The notes beneath the pieces were generated by a model. That model was not told the DNA's origin, ran no database searches, and saw only the letters and a list, made by a program, of their open reading frames with translations. A program made the translations under genes and the position numbers. From Candidatus Latescibacterota bacterium (GTDB lineage Bacteria; Latescibacterota; UBA2968; GCA-2709665), in assembly GCA_965203805.1 (NCBI GenBank), contig OZ241917.1, forward strand, positions 192,001 through 256,000: a DNA stretch of 64,000 bases, in the 5' to 3' direction. Of this stretch, positions 19,913-29,642 are shown in pieces; position 1 is the first letter of the stretch; every line of letters begins with the position of its first letter.

Positions 19913-20830
19913 CTATTCGTTCGATCGGTCGTCACGCCAGGACGGCTCGGTCCATGTATTGTGCCAGTTCCATTTCCAGAGCACCCGCTTCGAAGGCAGT
20001 TCCACTTCGTATTCCACCCCAGCCGTGAAGGGCAGCACACGGGTTCTCTTTCCCACGGCCTCCCGAATCCATTCAATGAAAGCGCCCACGTCCGTGACGT
20101 CGGGCGGCCAGGTCCCGTGCGGGATCGGGTCCGACGCGCGGTCGGTGCGGTAGTGGATGGGTATCAGGAACTCCGGCTCGATGGCTTCGATGCATCGGAT
20201 AAGCTTGTCCGTGCGGTCCTCCCCGCCCCATTCCGTGAGGCCCATCTTCATATGGATGAGGTAGGTGACCCGGCCTCGCAGCTTCTCGAGCGCAAGGTAG
20301 GGTTCGGTGAGGTCACCCGTGTGCAGAAACGAGACGCCGAGGTCCCGGACGGTGACGAGGTATCCGCAGTTGGGCAGGTCCGGCCTCTGGTTTTCCCCGC
20401 TTTCGATGATGTCCACGTGAACGGGCCCGAGGTCCAGTTCGAACGGGCCGGGAAAGATGCGGGATTCTCCGCCGACGTGGCTCAGGTGACGGGGGAAGAC
20501 GACCTGCACGATGTTGGGATCCAGGTACTTCGTAATGGGCAGGTCCCGGTCGAACGCGGCGTCTCGGTATTTTTCGTCAACCGGTTGATCGGGATCGCAG
20601 CACCCAGGGCTGACGAAGATTTTCTTGAAGCGATCGCCTCGGCAGAGCCGGCGAAGCGTGCCCGGATGGCAGTGGTCGAAGTGTTCGTGGCTGATGAAGA
20701 TGTAGTCGAAATCGGGCGACGCGCCGGTCAGATGATCGCCAAACAGGTAGGGGTCGAAGGCGAAGTTGACCGCGTCGGTCCGGACCTCGAATCCACCGCA
20801 GCCGGTCCATTTGAGAAAGATCGGATTCAT
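19913..20830 (-). CDS. MBL-fold metallo-hydrolase
   Basis: 'FDPYL', 'SHEHFDHCH' (HxHxDH), 'HTGDL', 'IPIHY'; start taken at 'MNPIFLKW'. Confidence 0.85.
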   Translation of the reverse strand: MNPIFLKWTGCGGFEVRTDAVNFAFDPYLFGDHLTGASPDFDYIFISHEHFDHCHPGTLRRLCRGDRFKKIFVSPGCCDPDQPVDEKYRDAAFDRDLPITKYLDPNIVQVVFPRHLSHVGGESRIFPGPFELDLGPVHVDIIESGENQRPDLPNCGYLVTVRDLGVSFLHTGDLTEPYLALEKLRGRVTYLIHMKMGLTEWGGEDRTDKLIRCIEAIEPEFLIPIHYRTDRASDPIPHGTWPPDVTDVGAFIEWIREAVGKRTRVLPFTAGVEYEVELPSKRVLWKWNWHNTWTEPSWRDDRSNE

Positions 20831-20875
20831 GGGTGACTCGCTTTTGTGATTCGTCTTATTCAAAAAACGGAACTT

Positions 20876-20902
20876 ACATGGATGGACAGGATGGACAGGA
20901 TA
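20876..20902. repeat. Short 9-bp-period intergenic repeat (GGATGGACA x2 + GGATA)
   Basis: acatGGATGGACAGGATGGACAGGATA read directly from the sequence. Confidence 0.6.
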
Positions 20903-21212
20903 AAAACAAAAGCAGGAAGAATGCTACCTGTCATGGAATTTGCCGTTAAATCCTTCCACACCGGACCGCGCAACACAACACTGACCAACCCGGATTCTTA
21001 ACTGCAGAAACTGCCGCGGTTTTTATACGATAAATTTTTTATAAACAATATTTTATTCAATTAAAAGACCAATGTTTGTGAATCATCCAGGGGGATTGAG
21101 TCACATCTGTCCAGGATCGGTTTCAGACCTTGACGTCATTGCCCTTTTCATCTGCAATAAAGCTGCGAAACTGGTGACCCGATTGCGGTCGTTTCCGCTC
21201 TGGTTTGCACGT

Positions 21213-21239
21213 TCTGTGGCTTTCGTGCTTTTTGTGGCT
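21213..21239. repeat. Degenerate 9-bp-period intergenic repeat
   Basis: TCTGTGGCT-TTCGTGCTT-TTTGTGGCT. Confidence 0.45.
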
Positions 21240-21335
21240 ATAGTCGTTCGACGATCACAGATGACCGCGTCGTCTCCCCTGTAAAAGCGGACACCTGCCC
21301 GGACAACATATCGATCACGAATCGGAAAGCAAAGC

Positions 21336-21932
21336 ATGGAATGGGGTGCGCCTGTGGCAGGAAGCGGCGACATGCGTGTTGAGTCGAATCGCGGGACGCC
21401 TTCGGGCCTTCAACCTGCGGGGCCCCAATCCGGTCTCACGATCTCCCTCTTCGTCTACGGCACCCTGAAGCGCGGTTATTCGAACCACGACGGCTACTGT
21501 CGCGGCGTGCTGGCGATTGAGCCGGCGCTGGTCAGGGGATGCATGTATATCAGGCCGGATCGCATTCCGTTTCTCGACGTACCCGACCGGGATATCCTCG
21601 CCATTGGAACCGCCGATCCGCGGTCCGATGCGGCCGCGCAGCGACGCCTTGCACGTGACATTGAGTCTGGAAAATTGGCCGAAAGCCCGCCCGATCCGCA
21701 GGTGAGCGACCGGGGCGTCGTGCGCGGGGAATTGCTCGTATTCGACGATCCTGAAACCCGCCTGCCCGCCATCGACCGCCTGGAAGGCTTCCGCCCCGCC
21801 GGTCGAAGTCTGTACCGCCGGGTGCTCGTGCCGGTACGGGTGAAAGATTCGTTCACAGTCGCCTGGACTTACGCGGTGGAGACGAAACCGCTCGATTGGC
21901 CGAAACTGGGATCCGACTGTTGGGCGGGATGA
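21336..21932 (+). CDS. Gamma-glutamylcyclotransferase family protein (start uncertain)
   Basis: 'LFVYGTLKRG', 'VRGEL', 'IDRLEGF', 'LYRRV', 'AWTY'. Confidence 0.85.
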   Translation: MEWGAPVAGSGDMRVESNRGTPSGLQPAGPQSGLTISLFVYGTLKRGYSNHDGYCRGVLAIEPALVRGCMYIRPDRIPFLDVPDRDILAIGTADPRSDAAAQRRLARDIESGKLAESPPDPQVSDRGVVRGELLVFDDPETRLPAIDRLEGFRPAGRSLYRRVLVPVRVKDSFTVAWTYAVETKPLDWPKLGSDCWAG

Positions 21933-22155
21933 GGGTACACGCCGCGGAGAAGTCGTTTGACCCTATACGGGGCGTCGACGATGTGTATCAATATAGCAGC
22001 AGAGAATATAAGGGAGAGTTACAATAACGCGAAATTACCAGTAAACTGAGAGTCTCCTCCAAATAGTCCGGCGTATCGGCCCCTCACTTCCGTGCTGTTC
22101 GCGTCCCCGATTCCTGATCCGCACAGGCTGTTGAAATTTCCCCGCCCCCGACCTT

Positions 22156-22207
22156 ATATAACAGTTGTTATATTTCCCTTGACAATCACCCGATCATTGT
22201 TTATATT
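22156..22207 (+). promoter_or_regulatory. Sigma70 promoter of the defence island with an upstream palindromic operator
   Basis: TTGACA(22179-22184)-17 bp-TATATT(22202-22207); perfect inverted repeat ATATAACA-GT-TGTTATAT at 22156-22173. Confidence 0.7.
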
Positions 22208-22241
22208 CCGTGTGCCTATATAGAAAAGACGGGGAGTCTGT

Positions 22242-25200
22242 ATGTCAACCGTTATGTCAAGCAGAATTCCAGACGATTATTACAAGCGTATCAAGAGCGC
22301 GAGAGGCGTCATGGGGCTGACCCAGACCCAGTTCGCAAACTTGATCGGAGTCTCGTTTGCTTCCGTCAATCGATGGGAAAACGGACAGTCTCGCCCGAAT
22401 GGTCTGGCATGGAGGCGCATCGTCGAACTTGAACACGAGTCCATCGCTGCAGTGGACGCAGGTCAGGACCATTCAGAGACGAAACCAACCGCTCCGCCGC
22501 AACTTGATTTCGCGGCCGACCCTCACGCCGTTTCCGTCCTCGCAGAAGCACATCGGCTGGCCTGGGGGCACCTCTTCAACCCCACGTTCGCGACCGAGAC
22601 TTCGTCAATCGATCCACTTCCTCATCAGCGCATCGCGGTATATGAGACAATGTTACAAAAGGCCCCCCTGCGATTCCTTCTCGCAGACGACGCAGGCGCC
22701 GGCAAAACGATCATGACTGGATTGTACGTTCGCGAGATGTTGTCCCGTGGATTGATACGACGCGTCTTGATCGTGCCCCCCGCCGGTCTGGTGGGTAACT
22801 GGGAGCGGGAGATGCGGACGCTGTTTCGGCTTCAGTTCCGGATCATTCACGGTACGGATGCGCAGGCCGGAAATCCATTCACGCTTCCCGAAAGCGACTT
22901 GGTCATCGTGAGCGTCGATACTCTGGCCGGAAAACGCATGTTTACGCATCTGCGAAACCGGGATACGAAGGCTTACGACCTGGTCGTTTTCGACGAAGCT
23001 CACAAGTTGTCTGCTCATCGGGCGCCAGGGTTCCAGGTACGGAAAACGGACCGATACAGACTCGGGGAAGCAATCGCCGGCGCCGAGTCCGGCGACTGCG
23101 ATTGGGCGCTTTCCTGGTCTGCCCAGCACTTGCTACTTCTGACGGCAACTCCCCATATGGGGAAGGACTATCCGTACTACGCGCTATGGCGCCTGCTGCT
23201 TCCGGAGACCCTAACGACCCAGGACGCTTTTGACGAATTCTCTAGTGAGTCCCGTTCCAGACACTTTCTCCGCCGGACGAAGGAGGAGATGGTCCACTTT
23301 GACGGGTCAGCACTGTACCCGCAGAGAAACTGCGATACCCTCAGCTACAGTCTTTCGCAGGGGCCTGGTAGCGAACAGGAACTCTACGATGAGACCACGG
23401 ATTACATTAAGTATTTCTACAACCGTGCGAGGCAGCTGAACCGTTCCGCCGCTCGGTTGGCGATGAGCGTATTCCAGCGGCGGCTGGCAAGTTCGACGTA
23501 CGCATTGATGCGATCCTTCGAGCGGCGGGAAGCGAAACTGGGCGCTTTGATCGAAGCAATACGCAGAGGCAATGTAACCGAGGAACAGCTGGTTCGCCAA
23601 CAGCGGCAGTTGGATGGTCTCGACGACGCATTCGAAACGCGTACCTTTGATGAGGATCCGGATACGGATGATGGACAGGAGCAGGACGAGGCGTACGAAA
23701 GCCAGGCATTAGGCGGCACCGTGGCTGTCAGTCTTGTCGAACTGGAGGATGAACGACGCAGGGTGGTAGGGCTGCTGAGCAGGGCTCGTGATCGACTCGA
23801 AGTGGGCGAGGAATCGAAATTTGAAAGGCTTCGAGAGGTACTTCGGGAACCCAAATACGCAAACGAGAAATTTATCATCTTCACGGAACACCGGGACACC
23901 GCCGTCTTCCTTGTACGTCGACTTGAGGGTCTCGGCTTCACGGGGCGTGTCGCCCTGATTCACGGTGGATTGGCGTATCAAGAGCGAGAGAGACAGGTGG
24001 AATTCTTCCGGCGGCCGGCGACAGAGGGTGGCGCCAGCTACCTCGTTGCGACCGACGCAGCCGGTGAGGGAATAAACCTGCAATTCTGCTGGCTGATGGT
24101 TAATTACGACATACCCTGGAATCCTGCACGGCTCGAACAGCGGATGGGGCGCATTCACCGCTACGGCCAAGTGCACGATCCTGTAATCGTCGTCAATCTC
24201 GTCGCAGGCGGAACGCGAGAAGGGCGGGTCTTGAAAACCCTTCTCGACAAGCTGGAGGCAATGCGGCGACAGCTGCAATCCGACAAGGTATTCGACGTTG
24301 TCGGACGTCTCTTCGCAGATGTATCCATACGGGAATATCTCGAACAGGCGGTCACCCAGAACGCCGAAGCTGCTGCAAGTCGACTGGAGGGCGACCTTAC
24401 GGTGGAGCAGATGGAGGCTCTCGACGATAAAGAACGCTCGATTTATGGCGAAGGGGGTGACGTACGGCGCAGGCTTACCCGTCTCAACAAAGATACAGAT
24501 CAGGAGTCCTTTCGCAGGCTCCTGCCCGGATTCGTTCGCCGTTTCGTGGCCAAGGCCGCGCCTCTGCTCGACCTGCGGGTGGATGGCGATCTGGAACAGT
24601 CCTTCGCACTCGTTCCGGGAAGCGCTCGCGCCGGCAATCTCGTCTTGTCTGCACTCGACACGTACCCCGAAACCGCGCAGGGTCGGCTGACGGTCTACAG
24701 GTCGGCCGGCGGAGAGGAAGCGGTGTGGATGCATCCGGGCGAACCGGTCTTCGACGCCATCTCGGCGTCGATTATAAGCCGGTACGAACGTGAGGGTGTC
24801 CGCGGATCGGTGTTCATCGACCCGGAAGCGTCCGAGCCCTATCTGTTCCATATTGCGAGAATGACGGTAGAAGAGGAAGGTCCGGTCGCCACGCGGTCGC
24901 CTGAATTGCCGGACGAAGATCCTGCCGCGGTATCACGCTCAAGGCTTCTTGATTCCAGACTGATCGGGCTACGTCAATCGAGCGATGGAAACGTCGAGGA
25001 GTCACAGGTGGAACGCATGCTCATATTGCAGGAGGCGGACGGCTTCGCGCCCGGGCGTGAGCCGCTAGCGGCCGCGGCTCTGAGTCTCCTTTCAGATGTC
25101 GCTCGGTTTGCGCGTGAAGACGTACTTGAGTCCCTCCTGGAACAACATCGACAGCGCCGTACCGCCGAACTGTCGGCCCGTATCGACTTTGTCAATCGCG

Positions 25201-25856
25201 GATTCGACTATGAGGCTGCGGAACTCGCATCAGCACGTTCGCGGCTTACCGCGCAGGCTCGAGCGGGCGACAGCAAGGCAAACGCAAGACTTGGCTATGT
25301 TAAGGCACGTCAACGGCTCCAGGCTGCGTGCCGGGCTAGACGCCAGGCCGAACTGACGGGCGAATCAGACATTGCCGGGGCTGGTGAGGTCGAGTTTCTG
25401 GTTCATGCGCTTGTCGTGCCGGCTCAGAACAATGAAGATTCAGACCGTTATGACACGGACATCGAAGCTATCGCAATGGAAGTCGCGATCGACTATGAAA
25501 GGAGTTTCGGCGCTGATGTGAAGGATGTATCCAAACCCAAACTTGCCCGGCGCGTCGGACTCCCCGACTGGCCGGGATTTGACGTACTTTCGGTCCGTGA
25601 CTGCGCGGAGCGTCGCAGGATAGAGGTCAAGGGACGCGCCGGTACCGGAAGCGTAGAGATGAGGGCGAATGAGTGGGCTAACGCCTGCATCCACCGCAAC
25701 GAATACTGGCTCTACGTCGTCTTTGACTGTGCATCACCCCGACCACGCCTCGTAAGGGTGCGTGATCCGTTTACCAAACTGCTCGTCAGTAGACGCGAGA
25801 CTGTAGCCCACACCATCACGCCTGGTGAAATATCGAAGGCAGCCGAGGACCGGTGA
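22242..25856 (+). CDS. XRE-HTH + SNF2-family helicase + DUF3883 PD-(D/E)xK nuclease fusion (restriction-like system helicase)
   Basis: N-terminal HTH 'LTQTQFANLIGVSFASVNRWENG'; 'PLPHQ', 'LLADDAGAGKT', 'DEAH', 'TATPH', 'TDAAGEGINLQ', 'LEQRMGRIHRYGQ'; C-terminal 'GFDVLS...IEVKGR'. Confidence 0.9.
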   Translation: MSTVMSSRIPDDYYKRIKSARGVMGLTQTQFANLIGVSFASVNRWENGQSRPNGLAWRRIVELEHESIAAVDAGQDHSETKPTAPPQLDFAADPHAVSVLAEAHRLAWGHLFNPTFATETSSIDPLPHQRIAVYETMLQKAPLRFLLADDAGAGKTIMTGLYVREMLSRGLIRRVLIVPPAGLVGNWEREMRTLFRLQFRIIHGTDAQAGNPFTLPESDLVIVSVDTLAGKRMFTHLRNRDTKAYDLVVFDEAHKLSAHRAPGFQVRKTDRYRLGEAIAGAESGDCDWALSWSAQHLLLLTATPHMGKDYPYYALWRLLLPETLTTQDAFDEFSSESRSRHFLRRTKEEMVHFDGSALYPQRNCDTLSYSLSQGPGSEQELYDETTDYIKYFYNRARQLNRSAARLAMSVFQRRLASSTYALMRSFERREAKLGALIEAIRRGNVTEEQLVRQQRQLDGLDDAFETRTFDEDPDTDDGQEQDEAYESQALGGTVAVSLVELEDERRRVVGLLSRARDRLEVGEESKFERLREVLREPKYANEKFIIFTEHRDTAVFLVRRLEGLGFTGRVALIHGGLAYQERERQVEFFRRPATEGGASYLVATDAAGEGINLQFCWLMVNYDIPWNPARLEQRMGRIHRYGQVHDPVIVVNLVAGGTREGRVLKTLLDKLEAMRRQLQSDKVFDVVGRLFADVSIREYLEQAVTQNAEAAASRLEGDLTVEQMEALDDKERSIYGEGGDVRRRLTRLNKDTDQESFRRLLPGFVRRFVAKAAPLLDLRVDGDLEQSFALVPGSARAGNLVLSALDTYPETAQGRLTVYRSAGGEEAVWMHPGEPVFDAISASIISRYEREGVRGSVFIDPEASEPYLFHIARMTVEEEGPVATRSPELPDEDPAAVSRSRLLDSRLIGLRQSSDGNVEESQVERMLILQEADGFAPGREPLAAAALSLLSDVARFAREDVLESLLEQHRQRRTAELSARIDFVNRGFDYEAAELASARSRLTAQARAGDSKANARLGYVKARQRLQAACRARRQAELTGESDIAGAGEVEFLVHALVVPAQNNEDSDRYDTDIEAIAMEVAIDYERSFGADVKDVSKPKLARRVGLPDWPGFDVLSVRDCAERRRIEVKGRAGTGSVEMRANEWANACIHRNEYWLYVVFDCASPRPRLVRVRDPFTKLLVSRRETVAHTITPGEISKAAEDR

Positions 25857-25911
25857 ACCGATACGTATACAATCCTCGCCGATGAGGAGTCTCAACGTGA
25901 TCACAAAAGCC

Positions 25912-27498
25912 ATGCGGTTCTTCAACACGGCTGGTCCCATCGATACCGAGATGCACTACCATATCCCGCCCCTTGCGCGGCTGGACGCGGAGGACCTCAT
26001 GCTGCTCATCCGGCAGCAGAAGTACTTCGTCCTGCACGCGCCGCGGCAGACCGGCAAGACATCGGCATTGTTCGCCTTGAGGGACCAGCTCAACACCAGC
26101 GGCGAGTTTCGCTGCGTCTACGTAAACGTCGAGGTCGGCCAGTCAGCGCGAGAGGACGTGGCCGCCGCGATGCGGGCCATACTCGGTCAGATGGCTTCGG
26201 AGGCGGAGTACGTTTTGAGCGACTCGACTCTTGCGAAACTAAGCCTCGACACATTCGAGGCGTTCGGCCCGCACCAGGCGCTCCGAGGGACATTGGCGCG
26301 CTGGGCCGAGTCGGACGCCAGGCCACTGGTGCTCATGCTCGACGAGATCGACGCGCTGATCGGCGACACCCTGCTGGCAGTGCTGCGGCAACTGCGTGCC
26401 GGCTATCCGGAACGCCCGCGCCGCTTTCCGCAGAGTGTGATTCTGTGCGGGGTGCGCGACGTGCGGGACTACCGCATCCGGTCGTCCGTCGAGAACGCCG
26501 TCGTCGCCGGTGGCAGCGCCTTCAACGTCCGCGCCGAGTCCCTGCGGCTGGGTGACTTCACCCGCGCCGACGTCGAGCGCCTGCTGGCGCAGCACACCTC
26601 GGAGACCGGCCAGTCGTTCGCCGGCGAGGCGCGCGCCGCGGTCTGGGAGTTGACGCGGGGGCAGCCGTGGCTGGTCAACGCCCTGGCCTACGAAGCTTGC
26701 TTCAGGAACAGGGCGGGGAGAGACCGTGAGCGTACGATCACTGCCGAAGCCGTCCAGGACGCGCGCGAAGATTTGATCCTGCGCCGCGAGACCCATTTGG
26801 ATCAACTCACCGACAAGCTGCAGGAGGAACGAGTGCGCCGCGTGGTCGAGCCACTGCTGAGCGGCGGCGGTGCCGATCCGGTTGCAGACGATGATCTTCA
26901 GTACGTCCGCGACCTGGGTCTGGTGGGCCAGGGCAAGCCCGTCGCGATTGCCAACCCGATTTACCGCGAAGTGATCCCGCGCGCCCTCACCTATACCACA
27001 CAGGAGATGTCGATCCATCACGACCCGGCCTGGTACGTCGACGCCGATGGGAGCCTGGAGGCGAGTAGACTGCTGGCCGCGTTCCAAGAGTTTTTCCGTG
27101 AACACTCCGAACATTGGGAGGAGCGATTCCAGTACAAGGAGGCCGGACCGCAGTTGCTGCTGCAGGCGTTCCTGCAGCGCATCGTCAACAGCGGGGGACG
27201 TATTGAGCGCGAGTATGGCTTGGGCCGGGGACGCACGGATATGCTGTTGGTGTGGCCGGTGAGCGGGGATACCGGCCGTAAGCAGAAGGTCGTCGTCGAA
27301 TGTAAAATCCTGCGCCGGGGGCTGGAGCGAACGCTGGTCGAGGGATTGGCGCAGACGCGCGCCTACATGGATCGCTGCGCCGCGGCGGAGGGGCATCTCG
27401 TGCTCTTTGACCGGAGCAAGGACAGGTCGTGGGACGACAAGGTGTATCGCCGCGAGGAAACCGAAGGCGGCGCGCGGGTTACGGTGTGGGGAATGTGA
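25912..27498 (+). CDS. AAA-like P-loop ATPase with a C-terminal PD-(D/E)xK-like domain
   Basis: 'MRFFNTAGP', Walker A 'APRQTGKT', Walker B 'LMLDEID', 'TRGQPWLVN', C-terminal 'GRTDMLL...VVECK'. Confidence 0.85.
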   Translation: MRFFNTAGPIDTEMHYHIPPLARLDAEDLMLLIRQQKYFVLHAPRQTGKTSALFALRDQLNTSGEFRCVYVNVEVGQSAREDVAAAMRAILGQMASEAEYVLSDSTLAKLSLDTFEAFGPHQALRGTLARWAESDARPLVLMLDEIDALIGDTLLAVLRQLRAGYPERPRRFPQSVILCGVRDVRDYRIRSSVENAVVAGGSAFNVRAESLRLGDFTRADVERLLAQHTSETGQSFAGEARAAVWELTRGQPWLVNALAYEACFRNRAGRDRERTITAEAVQDAREDLILRRETHLDQLTDKLQEERVRRVVEPLLSGGGADPVADDDLQYVRDLGLVGQGKPVAIANPIYREVIPRALTYTTQEMSIHHDPAWYVDADGSLEASRLLAAFQEFFREHSEHWEERFQYKEAGPQLLLQAFLQRIVNSGGRIEREYGLGRGRTDMLLVWPVSGDTGRKQKVVVECKILRRGLERTLVEGLAQTRAYMDRCAAAEGHLVLFDRSKDRSWDDKVYRREETEGGARVTVWGM

Positions 27499-27849
27499 AC
27501 TGAAAAAGCTGCCGGCCGTGCGGCTAAAGAGGCTGCGAAGGAAAGCGAGATCGGTGCAAGGAGAACGGAACGTACAGCAGCCGCGTTTTCGCAAAGGGAG
27601 GCCACCCGGCGTGGTCATGCGCCAATCACCGACGGCAACGCACGTCTATTTGACGAGTACATTGGAACCGTTTAGTGGGACTGGGGAGTTCTGCACGGTG
27701 GAAGTGGTTGCGTTCGAAATGACGCGCTTCGCCGGAACAAGGCTGCTCAGAGGCAACGGACCGAGAGTGGAAATGGTGGACCGTGGCGCGATGAGGATTA
27801 AGGAGTGGCGCTATAATGGAGCAATCAGGAAACGACACTTGTCCCACAA

Positions 27850-27878
27850 TTGACAGATCGACGGTCCATTTAAATAAT
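27850..27878 (+). promoter_or_regulatory. Possible promoter for the CBASS genes
   Basis: TTGACA(27850-27855)-17 bp-AATAAT(27873-27878), immediately upstream of the CD-NTase start. Confidence 0.4.
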
Positions 27879-27889
27879 AAGAGGGATTG

Positions 27890-28813
27890 ATGGCCAGAAA
27901 TTGGGAGAATGACTTCAGCCAGTGGGCGCGACCACCAGGCAGAACTGAGGATGAGCGTTGTGAAAATGCCATCAAAGCTATTCGCAATGCAATCGCCGAA
28001 AACGATAAGTTGAAGAGCCGGACACTGAAAGTTTTCCCGCATGGCTCGTACCACAACAGTGTCAATGTCCGGCAGGATAGTGACGTCGACGTGGGGATAC
28101 TTTGCGACGAGTCTTTCTTTCGCCACCTCCCCGATGGGACCACCCCTGAGACCTTTAGCCTTATTCCAGCTACCTACGTCTATACTCAGTTTAAGAACGA
28201 AATCGAGGAAGCTCTGACTGAACACTTAGGATATGGGGCTGTGCGTCGTGGAAACAAAGCCATCAATATTCGAGAAAACACGTACCATGTAGAAGCTGAC
28301 ATTGCTCCGTTCTTTGAATATCGATTCTACTCGCACGATGGAACCTATCGCTGTGGTGTAGCTTTGTCACCCGACAATGGCGGGCTGATCTATAACTACC
28401 CCGAGCGGATACTCGATAGCTGGCCGCAGATACCGATGCACTTCGAGAACGGAGTTGCTAAAAACAAAAAAACAGATCGTTCCTACAAGGGCGTCGTTCG
28501 CGTTCTCAAAAAGATACGCAACGAAATGGAGGATGCTGGCATCGCTGCCGCGAGGTCGATTCCTGGATTCTTGGTCGAGTGCATGATCTGGAATGTGCCG
28601 AATGCGTGTTTTAAGGGAAATACGTGGGACGAAAGAGTACAAGCGGTGCTTCTACACCTTTGGTCAGGTACCAAGGATGAATCGAGCTGTGAGAAATGGA
28701 AAGAGGTCAACGATATAAAGTTCCTCTTTGCATCAGCTCAACCTTGGACTATACGTGAGGCATATGCCTTCATTGACGCTGCGTGGAGCTATGTAGGTGT
28801 AAGGATAAAATGA
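27890..28813 (+). CDS. CBASS cGAS/DncV-like nucleotidyltransferase (CD-NTase, CdnE-like)
   Basis: 'HGSYHNSVNVRQDSDVDVGI' (GS...DxD), 'RGNKAI', 'EADIAP', 'NYP', 'ENGVAKN', 'YKGVVRVLK', 'FLVECMIWNVP'. Confidence 0.9.
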   Translation: MARNWENDFSQWARPPGRTEDERCENAIKAIRNAIAENDKLKSRTLKVFPHGSYHNSVNVRQDSDVDVGILCDESFFRHLPDGTTPETFSLIPATYVYTQFKNEIEEALTEHLGYGAVRRGNKAINIRENTYHVEADIAPFFEYRFYSHDGTYRCGVALSPDNGGLIYNYPERILDSWPQIPMHFENGVAKNKKTDRSYKGVVRVLKKIRNEMEDAGIAAARSIPGFLVECMIWNVPNACFKGNTWDERVQAVLLHLWSGTKDESSCEKWKEVNDIKFLFASAQPWTIREAYAFIDAAWSYVGVRIK

Positions 28814-29454
28814 AAATTGAACGGATCCATATCTATGTCTTTGTTGGAATAGCCGCACTTGTGTGGTGGGTGACTTTGGTTTTTCAGGGTACCATTGTCA
28901 CCTGGGAACACGCAACGCCCTTCAGTGTAGTCGTATTTGCGCTTGGATTGTTTGGGTTTGCCTTCGATCGATTTTTTTGGCGTTTCAGATTATTTCACGG
29001 ATGGCTGGTTAAACGGCCGGACCTGCGCGGGACTTGGCGTGTCGAAATCCAGTCAAGTTATATCAATCCTGAGAGGATGGAGCGGGTACCCGCGTTCGTT
29101 TGCTACATGGGGGTCAAACAGACTCTTTCGGAGCTCAAGATGCATTTGATGACACCGGAATCCGAGTCCTTGTCCATCGCAGGCCACATTGCGCGCCAAC
29201 CGAGCGGAGAGGGTTATCAGGTGATCTGTAGCTACACGAACGAACCTGACATCCTTCTTCGAAACGAACGTGTTAGTGATATGCACAAGGGAATACTAAT
29301 AATCGATTCTCATGGTTCCGGTGTGCGGCCCGATACACTTACGGCGGAATACTGGACAGACCGCAAGACGGTGGGTACGATGGTTTTCAGCATGCGTGCC
29401 AACGAGGTTTTTACCCGCTTTGAAGACGCGAGGCAGTATTTCGAGCAAAGCTAA
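28810..29454 (+). CDS. cap15: CBASS Cap15-type 2TM + beta-barrel membrane effector
   Basis: Two N-terminal TM helices, then 'PDLRGTW', 'KQT', 'ESES', 'YTNEP', 'HKG', 'YWTDRKTVG'; ATGA overlap with the CD-NTase. Confidence 0.85.
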   Translation: MKIERIHIYVFVGIAALVWWVTLVFQGTIVTWEHATPFSVVVFALGLFGFAFDRFFWRFRLFHGWLVKRPDLRGTWRVEIQSSYINPERMERVPAFVCYMGVKQTLSELKMHLMTPESESLSIAGHIARQPSGEGYQVICSYTNEPDILLRNERVSDMHKGILIIDSHGSGVRPDTLTAEYWTDRKTVGTMVFSMRANEVFTRFEDARQYFEQS

Positions 29455-29510
29455 TCAGACATTCAGATGCCAATCTTTGCATACCCAATCTTAATCGAGC
29501 CGAATAAGAC

Positions 29511-29642
29511 GTGACCCCCGACGACAAGCGCCTCATTGAAAATGCCTTCCCGCTCATGCAGATTTCTCTCGACTCCGTACACGAGAAGAACGTGCAGTAC
29601 GGGCACATATCCACCCTAAAAATACGGAACAGCCAAAAATGA
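29511..29642 (+). pseudogene. 5' stump of a second DUF1156 methylase allele (43 codons)
   Basis: Translates VTPDDKRLIENAFPLMQISLDSVHEKNVQYGHISTLKIRNSQK*; 27/32 aa identical to the N-terminus of 31537-34719. Its stop overlaps the ATG at 29639. Confidence 0.9.

Noticed and set aside
20876-21239. Short repeats as a CRISPR array
   Set aside because: Units are 9 bp in tandem with no spacers, and there are no cas genes.
1-21932. Many long overlapping or antisense ORFs (e.g. 7155-8615 -, 3405-4439 -, 14990-16198 -, 19961-20836 +)
   Set aside because: They are shadows of well-supported genes in GC-rich DNA and contain no family motifs.
21932-22242. Possible tRNA or att site at the island's left border
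   Set aside because: No cloverleaf, T-loop (GTTCGA) or CCA pattern, and no matching direct repeat was found.
27500-27850. ORF 27407-27853 upstream of CBASS as a regulator
   Set aside because: It overlaps the AAA gene, has no HTH or WYL motif and has no clear start.
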